A stretch of 64,000 nt of DNA from Felis catus (taxonomy: Eukaryota), in assembly GCF_018350175.1 (NCBI RefSeq), contig NC_058368.1, positions 131,318,001 through 131,382,000 of the forward strand. Direction: 5' to 3'. A program made the translations under genes and the position numbers. This document shows, piece after piece, positions 14,154-27,399 of the stretch. Numbering within the stretch: the first letter of the stretch is position 1; every line of letters starts with the position of its first letter. The notes below the pieces were generated by a model, which was not told where the DNA came from, made no database searches, and was given only the letters and a program-made list of their open reading frames with translations.

Positions 14154-14719
14154 GACCATGATGCTTTTAAGCCAGAAAATCATATACACATTTGTAATTT
14201 AAGCCCCCATAGGGTATGGCGAGTGTATTTCTCAATCAGTAATGGAATATTTTCTTTCTGATTTTTGTAGTCATTATCTAAAAAACCAATATCCTATCTC
14301 ATCAGCATCAAATATGCTCCCATGGGCATATTTATCTGTAGACCTACTGCTTCTGAGCCAATCTTCAGCAGATGTAGGAGGTATAGATGCTTCCTCATTT
14401 AGGTAACATGATAGCAACATGATACTGAGTTAACATGGTATTGAGTATTGAGGTTAATATCACCTCTTACTCTAGTGTGGTTTGATTAGATTTTTCTTAA
14501 TATTTCTAACTTTTTTTTTTATTTGCTCTGAGATGGTCTAAATTGGCTAAAACAGTGTAGTGTTTTATTTTCTAATTTGGTATGCATTACTCATTCCATA
14601 TTTTTATCAATTTCACCTCCTTTGGTTCTAATTTTTAAGAAATTCATAGATAATTGATAAGGGACCTCTAAATTCTTTGTCCATTTTACTCTTTGGTATT
14701 TCTTCCTTATTCACTAACA

Positions 14720-15521
14720 GATGACTTTTAGCCCAAGGAAATTATTATTGAGTCTTAATATCTAATGAAATTTGACTTGCTAGGTTTGGACTTGCTTGGG
14801 ACCTCTCTCTCCTTTTCTGTAAGATTTCTCTTTATATTGATTTTTTTTAAGTTTAACACATCAGACAATAAAAAAGACATTTTGTATTTCATGCATAGAA
14901 CCGTGTCTGTCCTCAGCCTTTCCCACCATTTTATTTTAGAAGCACATAATTTCTCCGATTTCACAGGTTCACAGCTATAGAGAAATTTTGCCTCAGGAAT
15001 AATTAAAGGGTCACCCATACTTGATTTAGATGCTAGTTGGGAATTAGAGCTGATTTGTGAATGGGTTAAGATTTGGGGGCTATTAGGATAGGGTGGATGT
15101 ATTCTGCATCTGAAAGGACATGTAATTTGGGGGCCAGAGGAAGAAATGTTAAGGACTGAGCTCTGTCTCCCATCCGCCCCCACCAATTCCATGTGTTTAA
15201 GTCCTAACCCCAGTATGATGGTATTTGGAGATACGGCCTTTAAAGATGTCATTATGCTTAAATGAGGTCATAAGGGTAAGTCCCTAATCCAATAGGTCTG
15301 TTATCCTTATAAGAATGGGAAGAGGGACCAGAAAAGTACATGCATGGAAGAAAGGTCATGTGAGGATAAAGCAGCTGTCTGGAAGCTAGACAGAGACACC
15401 CAAATTCCTGGCACCCTGATACTGGATTTCTGGTCTCCAGAACTGCGAGAAAAGAAATTTGTATTGTTTAAGCCACCTAGTCTATGGTCTTCTGTTATGG
15501 CATCCCAAGTAACAGGTAACA
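14720..15521 (+). mobile_element. MaLR MLT1A-like: 3' end of the internal region plus 3' LTR (LTR from about 15147)
   Basis: tttcacaggttcacagctatagagaaattttgcctcagga and the purine tract gggggccagaggaagaaa precede tgttaaggactga...atttggagat...tttaagccacctagtctatggt. Confidence 0.78.
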
Positions 15522-15694
15522 TATTGACAAGGTAGAAATTTTTCCTATATTTAGAAAACCAATGTTGATATCAAGTTTCAGAGGAAAAGCTATTTTGAAT
15601 TGCATAAATACCAAGGAAGTAAATGAATCCTACTTTGTTAACGAATAATAACTCTGAGTAAATAGTGCTATGTTACATCAAAATAATTATATAC

Positions 15695-15869
15695 TTTTTT
15701 TTAAGAGAGTGAGCACTAGCAGGAGAGAGGGGCAGGGAGGGTGGGGGACGTGTGAGAGAGATAAAATCTCAAGTAGGCTGCACACTGTGCTTGATCCCAT
15801 GACCTTGGGATCATGACCTGAGCTGAAATCAAGTTAGATGCTCAACTGACTGAGCCACCCAGGTGCCCC
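15695..15869 (-). mobile_element. CanSINE (older subfamily)
   Basis: gggatcatgacctgagctgaaatcaag...ctgagccacccaggtgcccc. Confidence 0.9.
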
Positions 15870-17349
15870 TTGATGTGTTATTTTTAGCTAAACTCTGTTG
15901 TTTACACTGGGGTTCACTCTTTGTGTTGTATATATTTCTATAGGTTTTAGACAAAAATAATACCTTGTATCCTCTGTTACAGCATCCTACACCATGGTTT
16001 CACTGCCCTCAAATCCTCCTGTGTACCACCTACTTATCCCTCCCTCTCTCTGCCCAAATATTAGATGATAATATAAAAAGATGATGAAATTGCTTGAAAT
16101 CACTAATTTACAATTGTCTTTCTTTACTGTTCTGATAGAAAAGTTAGAATTCTTTTCTAATGAAATGCAAAAATGCTTTTATTGATGTTGTTGTCTGACT
16201 GATGTGTTGAGCTTGAAAGTTGTCCCTGTGTGAGAGTTCTTTGCATTAGTTTTTTCTGTCTTGACCCATTCCCAATTGTTCAGGATTTGGATTACAAAAG
16301 GCTTCTTTAGCATTTAAACTATTCTTTGGTGGTGAAAGGGATCAGAACTCTTTATCTGCTCTCTTATAAACTGATTTTTGACACATCAGTATTCTAATGA
16401 GCAAGCCCCAGGGACACATTGCTCCATATTCCCCTGTTTTCTCCCATTTTTCCTTGGTGATAGGTAAGTAACCGCTCTCTAGGCAGAGGTAGGAATATAC
16501 ATCTCTGACTCCTTGTCCCATTGGAATTCTCTGACTTCCACCTGTCATAAAAACTGGCCTTGTATCCAGGACTAGATGATGAAAGTTGCCACTGTAGACA
16601 TAGCACCATATTGAGCATTATTTATCTACTGTTTTCAATCAGAGGCAAGCATGGGGTCATATGGTGGTGGGAACAGAAGCAAGGACTGACTTTGAAGTCA
16701 CTGCAAGTTTTTAAAGTAGTTCCTATATTGAAATATGATAGTCTGAATATGAAAAGTAAATGGATCACAAGTGTATAGCAATGAATCTCCACACTGAGAA
16801 ACTAATACTGCATTAGAATTACTATATTACTAGTCCTGCATCACCTTAGTTTTTAATTTCCATTGTGTCCCAGCAGATTTCTTTGAGCAGCACACTCTTT
16901 GAATAAGGAAAACAGTGTGGGAAAATATTTTCCAGGATCTTATTCTGACCATGTAAACTGGTGAGAAATGTTCTTATGGGGTGGGGGAGGTGTCTTTCTG
17001 CTCATTAGTAATACTGGAAGTATTGAATATAAATCTAAAAGTTGAATTTAAACATTTAGACTGCATATATATATACAAATACATGAAAAATTTAAATATG
17101 GTACCAAGTAAATGAAAGTGGTGCAGTTGAGATGTAAATCAAGAGAATGAACAATGTGGTAATGGAACAAAGAAACGTGCATGTGTGTGCACGACAGAAG
17201 TATTGTTTATACGTGTTTTCTCCTCAGTTATCAAGGAACAAACCTGCTAACCAGTGTGATTTATATAGTTCTAAGAAGGTGGAAACATCTTCAGCCCCAA
17301 AGAAGAAAAATGATGCCACGTGTTATAACAGGAACTTAGTTTCCTTTTA

Positions 17350-18190
17350 ACTTACTCCTTTCAATCCTTGAACCTTTAATTTACTTTCCTTTTATTGTGT
17401 TTGCTAGTAGTTCTGCTACAAAGTTGAATAGTGTGGCGAATATGAGTATCGTTGTCTTTTTTCCCTGATTTTCAGGGAGTGCTTTTAAAGTTTCATGATC
17501 AAGCATTAAACTGCTCAAGATTTCAGTAAACTCTTCGTTTTGCCAGGTTGAGGAAATTTTCTTCTATGATGCAGAGGATTTTCATGTTTTAATTATGACT
17601 AAGTATTGAATTTCACCAGAAGTTTTTATTTTGCATCTTTTAAAATGGTCATGTGTTTTTTTTTTTCTTAAAATCCTTTAGTTTGTTGAATATATTGGAT
17701 AGATTTTTTTTCCCCCATTTTGTACCTTCTTTGAATCTCTGAAAATAATCCTGTTTGGTCAAAATGTTTTTTTTTTCTTTTAATTGATGGATTCTGTTGG
17801 CTAATATTTTATTTAGGATTTTAGCATTTATGTTCATAAATAAATTGGTATATATATTTCTATACTCTCCTTGTCTGGTTTATGTATCCTTACAGATGTA
17901 AGGATATCCTTATGTATCCTTGGTATGTCAAGGTTATATTATTTTTTTGAAGCTAGTCTTCCTTTTATATAAGTTACATAGTTATAAAGTCATGTAAGTT
18001 ACAAAGATTACCCATTTCTGAAAGTTTTGGATAATTTTCCAACTAGATCATTTTTGTCTGGACCTCCCTCCCTTTTTTATATCGGTTTTGGAGGAGATAT
18101 TTTGAGTTCTATTTTAATTTTTAAAGTTGTGGTTTATTCATGTTTTCTAATTTTAGGTTAATTTTCAAAATTGATACATGTCCAGTTTAA
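17350..18190 (-). mobile_element. L1 ORF2 (reverse transcriptase) fossil, antisense
   Basis: Track ORF 17649..17837 gives MNINAKILNKILANRIHQ, matching the L1 ORF2p motif MNIDAKILNKILANRIQQ. Confidence 0.85.
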
Positions 18191-18584
18191 ATTCATGAGT
18201 AACAAAGAAGGTGAGCAAACCTTAGAGACCCAGGAGTGTGGAATTAGTCCTGTGCAAAATGCTGATATTTTACCATGAAAAAGTTGCAAAGGTAGACGAG
18301 GGAATGAAACTTCTTTATGGAGGTTATAATTCAGTTGTTAGCTTTAGAGAAAATTTCAACTTAATTAATTATAAATATGTTTCTGCATAGGGACTCATAA
18401 ATACTTCTTAAATATTTTAAAGGATATGGTGAAAAATAAGACTTTCATAGGCATCGTTTTGGGGATCACTGTTTTGTATAAAGTAGCAATTCTTAGAATG
18501 TGGTCCACAGTCCCTTATGTCTCTAAGACCTTTGAGAAAATCAGGTCAAACTGTTTTCTTGGTAATATTAAGATATCATTTGAC

Positions 18585-18759
18585 TTTTTAATTTACAATT
18601 TTTTAGAGTGTGCGAGTCAGGGAGAGGGCCAGAGGGAGAGAGAGAATTTTAAGCAGGCTCCATGCTGCTCAGCACAGAGCCCAACGCAAGGCTGGATCCC
18701 ACAACCCTAGCCAAAATCAAGAGTCAGATGCTCAACTGACTGAGCCACCCACGTGCCCC
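18585..18759 (-). mobile_element. CanSINE (older subfamily)
   Basis: GA tract, aagcaggctcc and ctcaactgactgagccacccacgtgcccc. Confidence 0.9.
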
Positions 18760-18774
18760 TTATTTACCTTTTTT

Positions 18775-19410
18775 AAATGTATTAACATGTTCATTAATAA
18801 TGCAAAAGCAGTAGTGAGTATAACTGCTGATCCCTTAGTAGAATCAAGGCATTGGTGACAAACTGTGCTAGTACTCATTTTACTCTTCACTGCCCTCACA
18901 TGCGGTTAAAAAACTGTTGATTGAAGCAGTACATATTATTGATTTTATTAAATCTTTCCTCTGAAATCCATACTCTTTAAATATTCTGCGTGAATAAAAA
19001 AATAAAGAATGCATAAAGCATTTCTGCAGTACACTGAAAGCTGATGGCAGTCCAGAGGAGAAGCCCTCTCACATGTTTTAGTTGAGAGCTGCTCTGTACA
19101 CCTTTCCCTACTACACTGTGTTTCCTTGAATGATTGACAGAATGTAGTTGTTCCCACTCAGGTATCTTGTAGTATTTGTTGCAAGTGATCGAATTTTAAC
19201 TTTAAACAAAAATTAGTGCTTTGGAAAAGTTGTATCCAACACTGTGAGCTTGACTACAGTGCCATAATTAAATAACTTTTTTGCTGATGTTGATGGTGAT
19301 ATTAACACACATGGCCTTTTTGAAATTCTCTAATGAAATGTGTTGATATTTGAGAGATATGCATAACTCAGGAAACCTTTATTTCCCAAATCCCCAGTGC
19401 ATTGAGGAAA
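18775..19410 (+). mobile_element. hAT-Charlie (Charlie1-like) transposase fossil
   Basis: 19012-19068 translates HKAFLQYTES*WQSRGEAL, a decayed form of the hAT motif H..LLLHTEVRWLSRGKAL; contains a stop. Confidence 0.75.
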
Positions 19411-20454
19411 TGCCACAAAGTGTCAGGAGTATCAGGATGGATAATGAAGTACGGCAAAGGGAAACCTATGAACAGGCAATGTGGAGATGAAGTAGGTATT
19501 ACGAGCTAGCTTGGTCCAAGAGACAAGTGTGGGACAGGAGATAAGGTCAACATGACCAAGACTGTGACAGGTAGGAAGAACTAGGGTCCAAGGAGAGCAC
19601 TCCATGTTAGAAAAATGTATGTATCTGATCTGATCAGAACCGGAATAAGAGATGAGGAATAGGATTTGTGAGAAAAGCAGCCAAAGACTACTCTACCTGA
19701 ATTCCTTAGGCCTTACCCACTTGTAAGTTGCATGGCAATTCTATGAACAGTTAATACCAGGATTCTACACATTGTTATCCGCATCTGTTGACTCAGAACC
19801 CAGCCCCTCTGCACAGTCCCTGCATGTATTTCTGAGCATTATGAGATGGCCCCTATGTACTCAGGAATGAGATCATTTTTGTGTTGGACCATTTCCCAAG
19901 ATCATCTGTCTCTGTTGCTTTTCTCTTTGTTTCGATAGTACTCTCTAGTCGTTACCTCCAAGTCCTCACAGTGTTAAAGCCATGTGGTGTTAGGTGTGTG
20001 CTGCCCCAAATTTAGACTCGAGTGTATCACAGAGTTCAGAAAACAGTTTCCGGTAGTTTACTTCTACATTCCCCTCTTCCTATTACCATGACTAGTATCC
20101 AGGGTGCTGAGGTGAGGATGAGTTTGAGTTAGCAGCCAATGACTATGGTGTGTTCAGATTTATTCAGAGATGACCATTTTGGTAATAAGTTCATTTACCG
20201 TATTTGGCTGTTTCCTTGAGCATAGATTCTTTGACCGAAGCCACCTCAGCTCTCTTAGAAATACATCACTGTTGGGTAGCTTCCGCTTCTCCCTTTAAGC
20301 TTAGGTACGTGTAAACATAGCTTTATTTCTTGGGCTCCTCACATCACTGGCAAAAGGATTTCTGTCCACTCTGCCCCACTAATAGTTATCTAGACATATT
20401 TAACACTTGGTATTGGAAAAAGACAATTTGTAAGCTGAGCTGTCTCCCAGATCT

Positions 20455-20900
20455 TGTTCATCTGATTTCAGCAAATGTTTGTTGGGTGTCTTTTTTGGTA
20501 CCAGGTACCGTGTTTGATTGTAAGAATATGGAGTTGAAAAGAATACTGTGCTCTTTAGGAGTAAGTTGATAGGACACACGTACACAGAGGTAAGTGTAAT
20601 GCAGCGTGACTAGTGCTGCTGTAGAGGTGTGTGCAAAGTACATTGGGAACATGGAAGAGGGAATGGTTGTATTTTCCTGGGGGCGCTTCTGTAAAAGAAC
20701 GCTTTGAGCTCAGCCTTAAAGGGTGAAAAGCATTTCTTAATGTAAAGTCAGCGATAAGAGAAATGACATTACAGAAGAGAGAACAGCAAATTTCAAAGTA
20801 TGAAAGCAGAAAAAGTAATTTGGGGGAACTGCACAAAGATAAGCATTAGTGTTGATGTGGAGTATTCATGGAGGGGATACCAAGCTTGACAAACATCTTT
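20455..20900 (-). mobile_element. L2 3' fragment
   Basis: tttcagcaaatgtttgttgggtgtc...ggtaccaggtaccgtg...tttgagctcagccttaaagg, the reversed L2 tail pattern. Confidence 0.6.
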
Positions 20901-21639
20901 GAGTCCGATTTTAAAGGGTGTAAAAAGGCTTTGTTTTTTGTTTTGAAGAGGAAAAACTAAATGATATTCCTATTCTCCTTGAAGAAAATAGTCTTAGTCA
21001 TATGAAGAGGCAATCAAAAAGTATGCAAAAATATAGAGAAAAGGCATTATAGAGGATTATACAAATATGTTAGGACACTGAATTGGTAAAAATACTATGA
21101 AGTTTTAAAATTTGGACTTTTTACTGTATGTGGTAAACATTGTTTTAACTTTTTACTCTGTGATAGTTGTAGATTCAAGTGTGAATTGTTAATTATAGAT
21201 TCATGGAGAGATCCTGAATATCCTTCACACCATTTACTTAATTGACATCTCACCAGTTACATGCCCTCTGTTGTGTGTATTTAGTTCTGTGCACTTATAT
21301 TGCGTGTATAGATTCATGTGAGCACCATTGCAGTCAGATTGAGAGCACTTCCCCCACAGAGATCCCTTGTGCTACCTAAAGGGCCTTTTTTTGACACAAT
21401 AGGGAGCTTTGACTGCATTCTGTGGGTTGGTGTCTCTCAAACTGTGGCCTTTGGGTCACTCTAACAATAACCTAGTGTTCTTTTTAAATATACCAATTCC
21501 TACCATAGAAACAGTTTTCTACCCACATTCTCTGGGAATGTGGCCCTGTGACCTACATTTAAATAACACCCCCAGGTGCTCCTTGTGATGAGAACATGAT
21601 GCAAACACCTGCAAGGAGGAGGTCTGGACGAGTGTCATC

Positions 21640-21903
21640 TAACTGGAGCATGACAGAGGCATACATGCAATTTAAAAATTCTGGTAGCCAAATCAAAGTA
21701 AAAAGAAACAAGTGAAATGAATTGTTACAAACATGAAATTAATCTAAAATGATTGGTATTTAATTATTGGTATTAGCTTTTTTTTCCTTCAAAGTATTCC
21801 AAATCCAGTGTGTACTTTGTACTTCACATCTCAGTTGAAATTAGCCATATTTGAAGTGCTCAGTAATACACCTGATTAGTGGCTACCGTATAGGGTAGCA
21901 CAG
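21640..21903. mobile_element. MER33-like hAT MITE
   Basis: aatttaaaaattctggtagcca...aaatccagtgtgtac...tagccatatttgaagtgctcag...tagtggctaccgtat. Confidence 0.7.
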
Positions 21904-22682
21904 ACCTAGACAACAAACAGTCACTACAAAGGCTGTGAGAGAGATTCGTACAGAGATGTGCAGTTGACATCTGGAAATTGAAGTTACTGCTCTAGAGCTT
22001 TGGAATAAGATAAAAATTAGATATATAGATTTATAAATCATTGATGGAAGAGTTGTGACACTGTAATTTTCAGTAATTCTCAACAAAGACTTATTAGACT
22101 CACCTACAGGGTTTTTTCTAACTGCATACTTGCACCCCAAGAAAGCATGGAAAATCTTGACACTTGGAGAAAAGGATGGAAAAATAGGGAGGCATGTGCA
22201 TCTCAAGGAGAGGAGGAACATAGGTAGGGAGTTTCTCCATCGTTGATTCTGATAGGACCCCTCCCTGCTGTCTCCACTCCTGGCTGAGAACCACTGGTGT
22301 TTAAAAAGGGAGATGAGGATTTAGGACACTTAGAAGGATCTAGAGCGAAGAAAGGAGTGCCAAAGAAGTAAAGGAGAGGGTTTCAACAACGAAAAAGGCA
22401 GGAGGAGATGAGACATTTGCAAATACCGTATTATTAAGATTGTTGAGGACCTAGAGTAGTCAACTGGACTAAGATGGTCTGTGCGGTTGTTGGTGGAGAC
22501 AGAACTGGATCTAGCTGCCTGAAGGTTGGAGGAGCTAGATTGGCTGTAAGAGGGTCATGCTGTGCCCTCCCAGGCAGTTCCTTAAATCCTTTCAGTTTGG
22601 TGAAAGTGTATCAGAATTCTCTCTTTTATAGTCCTTAAGTCTTGCAGTTTAGCTAATTGTTTGTGTAATGTGTGTCTATCTT

Positions 22683-22746
22683 CACCCTGACCATAGGATC
22701 TGACCATAGGATCACCCTGACCATAGGACCACCCTGACTGTAGGAT
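22683..22746. repeat. Minisatellite, 17-bp unit caccctgaccataggat x4 (one unit shortened to 13 bp)
   Basis: Units start at 22683, 22700, 22713 and 22730. Confidence 0.9.
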
Positions 22747-23829
22747 CCGTTGGGGAACTTTACCCACTCCTAACTCCCTCCCCATGTCCTAATAAGTCAA
22801 AATTTCTATGACTGGGGCGTAGGCATCATTTTTTAAAGTTTCCCAAGTGATTATAATGAGCTATAGTAGAAAACTGTTCATTACTTTGATCAGTTTTCTA
22901 CCCAGTGAGTACATTTGTGACAGAAAATAAGTTTTACTCAACTTCTTGTCCCCAGAGTTTGTGTGGCATTTGGTTAGCTGTCAGGAAATGTTGAAGAATG
23001 AATGAAAAATGAAAGAGCTAACAAATGAGGAAATGTGGCCAGGGAACTAGTCAGTCCCTTGTGGATACCTTAATAAATAACATTTCCTTTCTTTCTAATG
23101 AATAGTTACCAGGCCCGTTATTAAATATACTGCACATATTTTGGAATTATTAGTGTGAAATTATTCTGCCAAATTGCTCTAATTTACAGTATTTACATAA
23201 AATCTCAGGTATAAAAATAAGACTACAAAGTTGGTTAGGGTGATTCTCCAAGTTTTTTTGTTTGACTACATATACCACAAGATGTAGTATAATAACTGTT
23301 CCACTGAGTACAATATTTAAGAGAAATTACTGCATTTAGGATAAATAATTTTTGCCATCAATATAAAGAAAGTACTTACTATTATCATATAATTAACTAC
23401 AACTCAAATTCTATTATGTTTAAAATTTAATGCTGTGGTTATTTAAACTTCCTATTTAGAAGAATATTTTTAGTTCTTTGTTATGGCTCTTCTAAGGCCA
23501 CTGCAGTAACTTATTTAATTGACCCTTTAGCAGTTGCTTTTGATGACTTTTAGTGAGAGAAAGATGGAAAGAAAAAGACATAAAATGTTCTGCAAAAATA
23601 AAATAAGCTGGTAGTCACTAACAAAATTCATCATCATCATAATTGAATTTTCTATCCAGGACATAGTTTATAGAGTGTCCCTAGCCCAAGACCTGGTAGT
23701 AGGTACCTCAGTAAATAAGAATTATTTTTCTTCTGCTCCACATGTAGCTGATGTGGTGGTAAGGGTTTAGAAACTCAAGTTTATTCTGACACAGTTCAGC
23801 ATTGAAAAAATGCATTCATTTTCCCACAG

Positions 23830-23964
23830 ATGAAAAGAAATGAAGAATTGATAACTAAAAATCACAATCAAGAAGACATAAGTATTCTGCGTTGTTGGAA
23901 ATGTAGAAAATGTATAGCAAGTTCTGGTTGTTTAATGAGATATCTTGAGAATCAAGTGATTACG
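23830..23964 (+). CDS. RNF180: RNF180 first coding exon (45 codons, [10 protein letters not shown]...[13 protein letters not shown]...NQVIT)
   Basis: Acceptor ttttcccacag|ATG and donor ACG|gtgagt; 135 nt, phase 0. Translation matches the RNF180 N-terminus as recalled ([34 protein letters not shown]). Confidence 0.96.
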
Positions 23965-24314
23965 GTGAGTACTCCAAACTTCAAACTATTTCCTAGTATA
24001 CAAATGCCGCGAGCATGCCCACAGGTGCACACCTATCCCTTGACACCTGACTTAACTTCTTTTATGTTCTTTTACCTCACCACTGAAAACATTTTCAAAG
24101 TGCTATTCAGAAGGCTTCCCATCTTCCACAGTTAAAATTAATTTTATTTTTAGCTGCTGACATTAACATGCCCTTAAAATTTTAAGTGCAGTATCATAGA
24201 TGTAAGTTGAAGATAATAGTCAGTGTTTTTCTTATTCCCACTATGAATGAACCTTAGTCATCATCACAAAATTAAATTCAAGATCCTAGTGAGAAATGGA
24301 AAACTTATTTTATT

Positions 24315-24459
24315 GTGTGTGTGTATATATAGTGTGTATATAAAATAAAATAAGTTATATATATATGTAACTGTATATAGTGTATATATATGTACACATA
24401 TACACACACGCATACACACACACACGTGTGTGTGTGTGTGTATGCGTGTGTGTATGTGT
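24315..24459. repeat. Compound (TG)/(TA)/(CA) microsatellite with a palindromic core
   Basis: Alternating purine-pyrimidine runs read directly. Confidence 0.9.
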
Positions 24460-24929
24460 TTAATATTCAGTATGGGCCTAGGAAGTTCATGTATAATTCA
24501 GAGTCAGTAGGAAAACCTGAATAATACTTAAAAGCATTTAACTGGTCATCCTGGCAAAAATAAAGGCTTTTTAAGCAACAAAACTAAAAGCCCTAAACTT
24601 CTCTAAGAGCATTATGAAAGAGGTGCAAACTAGATCATAATCCATAGACTTTATAGGAAGTTCTCCTTTCAACAAAGAGAGTGGCTGTAATCACCTGTCA
24701 TTATTCACTTCTCCTTCTTCAAGAGATACTCAGGTTTTGGTTTTTGTTAGCTTTCTTTTTTCTTTCTTTCTTTTTTTTTTTTTTTTTGCTTCAGCCATGT
24801 GTAATTATGATTATTTCCTCATAAGTCTAACAGATTAGCCAACTGGAACTGATAATAGTAGATCATTTTGGTTTACATACTTAACTACATAACAGATACT
24901 TTTTAAAAACTGACAAAGCATTTTAATTG

Positions 24930-26010
24930 GGAAAGAAAAACTGGTCATGCTAAGAGTATTTTGTTGGGTATAATTTACCTAGAGTAAAAAAAAAAATTAA
25001 TTATGCAACTTCATAAATTTTTTCAGTCCTGCCATGAATCAGATCAAGGTCTACATTTCCATCATTCCAGAAAGTTCTCTTGCCCTTTTCCAGCCAATTC
25101 TCTCCTCTCCTTCTCACAGTACAATTTCTATTTTGATGTTTATCACCATAGATAGTTTTGCTTGTTCTTAACCTTGATTCGTTCACATAGAATCAGACAG
25201 TATGTATTCTTTTGTACCTGACTTATTTTGTTCATCATAATGTTTTAGACATTCATTCGTGTTTTGTGTTTGTAGTTTGTTGTTATTGTTTTTTACTGAG
25301 TATATGCTATTGATGAATATACCACAATTTATTTTTTTCTGTGAATGGGCATTTGAATTTTTAGTTTTGGGTTATGAATAAAACTGTCAGTATTTTCGTA
25401 AAAAACTTTCTGTGCTTGTGTTTGATATGTATTTTCTGGTGTATATGTAGGAATGAATTCTGGGCGGCACAGATTAGGTATTTTTTTTTAAATCTCTTTA
25501 ACAAACACTAGTATAACATGCTATGTCAGGTATTGTTTCCAAATGCTTTACAAATATTAATTCACTTTACAGGCTTACAGATCTCAACTGTAATCCTGAA
25601 AGGCAGTAACTAGGCCTTCTCATGCCTGCTTTTTTTCATCATTCAGAATCTAAATTAGGGAACTTTCCAGGGTTCTGCTGGAAAGTTAGTCACAGCTCCC
25701 TTCACTCATGTTCCAGGCTGCATCTTCCCAAACTTCATTGGTCAGTATTCCTTCCTGAATCATTAGAGTGGGTATGTTTTAATATTTTTTTTTTTTTAGA
25801 AACTGCTAGTTTTCTAGGGTAAATATTAATTTCCAACAACAATGATGACAATTCCAGTTCTACATCTTTGTCAACACTTGGTATTTTCAGATTGTAATTT
25901 TAGCCATTCTGCTAGATGTATATTGGTATATCATTATAATTTTAATTTGCATTTTTGCATTTCCTTACTGATTACTGATGTCAAGTACCTTTTTGTGTTT
26001 ATTGGTCAGG
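24930..26010 (-). mobile_element. L1ME/MC-like 3' end, antisense, interrupted
   Basis: acatttccatcattccagaaagttctcttgccc...tatcaccatagatagttttgc...tttgtcaacacttggtatt...tagccattctg. Confidence 0.72.
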
Positions 26011-26817
26011 CATTGTTATAAATGTTTTGTATTATTTATTGTTTATAATTTATAAGAATAGATTGTGTTGAGGAAGATAATTTCCATTTCATAGATAAGG
26101 AAACTGAGGCACAGACAATTAAATAATTTGCTCCAGTTTGTACTTTTTCTAAGCAGTGCAGCTACACTTGGACCTGACATTGAGGGTCCAAAGGGAGTAC
26201 TCTAAACTCCACACTCACTTTGCTGCTTTGGCTCCTCCCTCAGGGTATCATGCAGTCTTACACTTTGTCAATAGAGTGGCTGCTACTTCCATTTACCTGC
26301 AGAACTCCCAGTCATTAATTCCTTTAACAGTTACTTAATGAGCGAGAAAATTCTAGGTGCTACTTTAGGATGTATTGGGATGGGTTGTGGAAGAAACTGG
26401 TACGGGATACAAAAAATATTCTTGTCCTCTAGGAGCTTTGTTTCATTTTATTATTATTTTTTAGGAGCTTTAAACTCTAGTTCAAAACAGGTCAAGTGGT
26501 ATAGACTGATTTGATAAGTACAGTAACAGAGAGATGTGAACAAACTGCTGCCTGGGCTAGTCATGGAAGGCTTCCCAGAAGGAGAAAAAAACTACACCCA
26601 CACATGCTTGTAAACCATAAAGTTCACCCATTGTAAGAATATGATTAAATGATTTTCAGTAAATATTTGTGTTGGACAACCACCACCAACAGTACAGTTT
26701 TAAAACCTTGCCATTACCCCGGAAAGTTTCCTCAGGCCTATTTGCCTGCACCCATGCCCAGCCCCAGGCAACTACCGATCTGTTGTTCGTCTCTGTAGCT
26801 TTATATTTAAAATAAAA

Positions 26818-26830
26818 TGTATATGTATAC

Positions 26831-26865
<35 letters not shown>

Positions 26866-26897
26866 TATGTATATATAAGTATATATATACACACACA
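26818..26897. repeat. (TA)n(CA)n microsatellite adjoining an L1 fragment
   Basis: Read directly. Confidence 0.9.
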
Positions 26898-27399
26898 TAA
26901 AACTATTGAAACTGTCATATATTTATATAAAATAATTTATATTCAATACATATTTATAAAAATATATATTCATTGTTTATGTATAATAAAATATATTAAA
27001 ATATCTAATATGCATGTAAAATAACACCTACATATGTAACATCTATTAAAAGCTAGGCTTAGGAATAAGTCAGTATCATTGTTAAGTCTGGAGAAAGGAG
27101 GAGTATGTAATCAGGGGTCCTGATGGGGCTTCTAAAGTGGTAATCGTGTTTGTCTTTACTAAACTGGGTAGTGGGTATATTGGTATTAGCTTCTTTTTCA
27201 GTCTTTCTTTAAATTATAGAAACACTTTACATTTTTAAATGGAAACATTTCATAAAAATATTGAAGGTGAATAAAAGATCTGTTTTAATTAAAGTAAATT
27301 ATAAAATAAAATACTGGAATCTGAACATAATTTTATCAGATGCTATGCTGAAAGAATGCTAAATTTGTTACCTATTATCTTTATTGCCTATTAAACTAC

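Noticed and set aside
14755..15252. 165-aa minus-strand ORF
   Set aside because: Antisense translation of MLT1 internal/LTR sequence.
18775..19410. Domesticated hAT transposase gene
   Set aside because: Fragmentary, with a stop in the conserved motif and no long ORF.
22683..22746. Short repeats as a CRISPR-like array
   Set aside because: The units are contiguous with no unique spacers; it is an ordinary tandem repeat.
1..23829. RNF180 promoter or first exon
   Set aside because: No CpG island is visible; it is presumably upstream of the window.
23965..24135. C-terminal half of track ORF 23830..24135
   Set aside because: Read-through past a strong donor (ACG|gtgagt); similarity to RNF180 stops at 23964.
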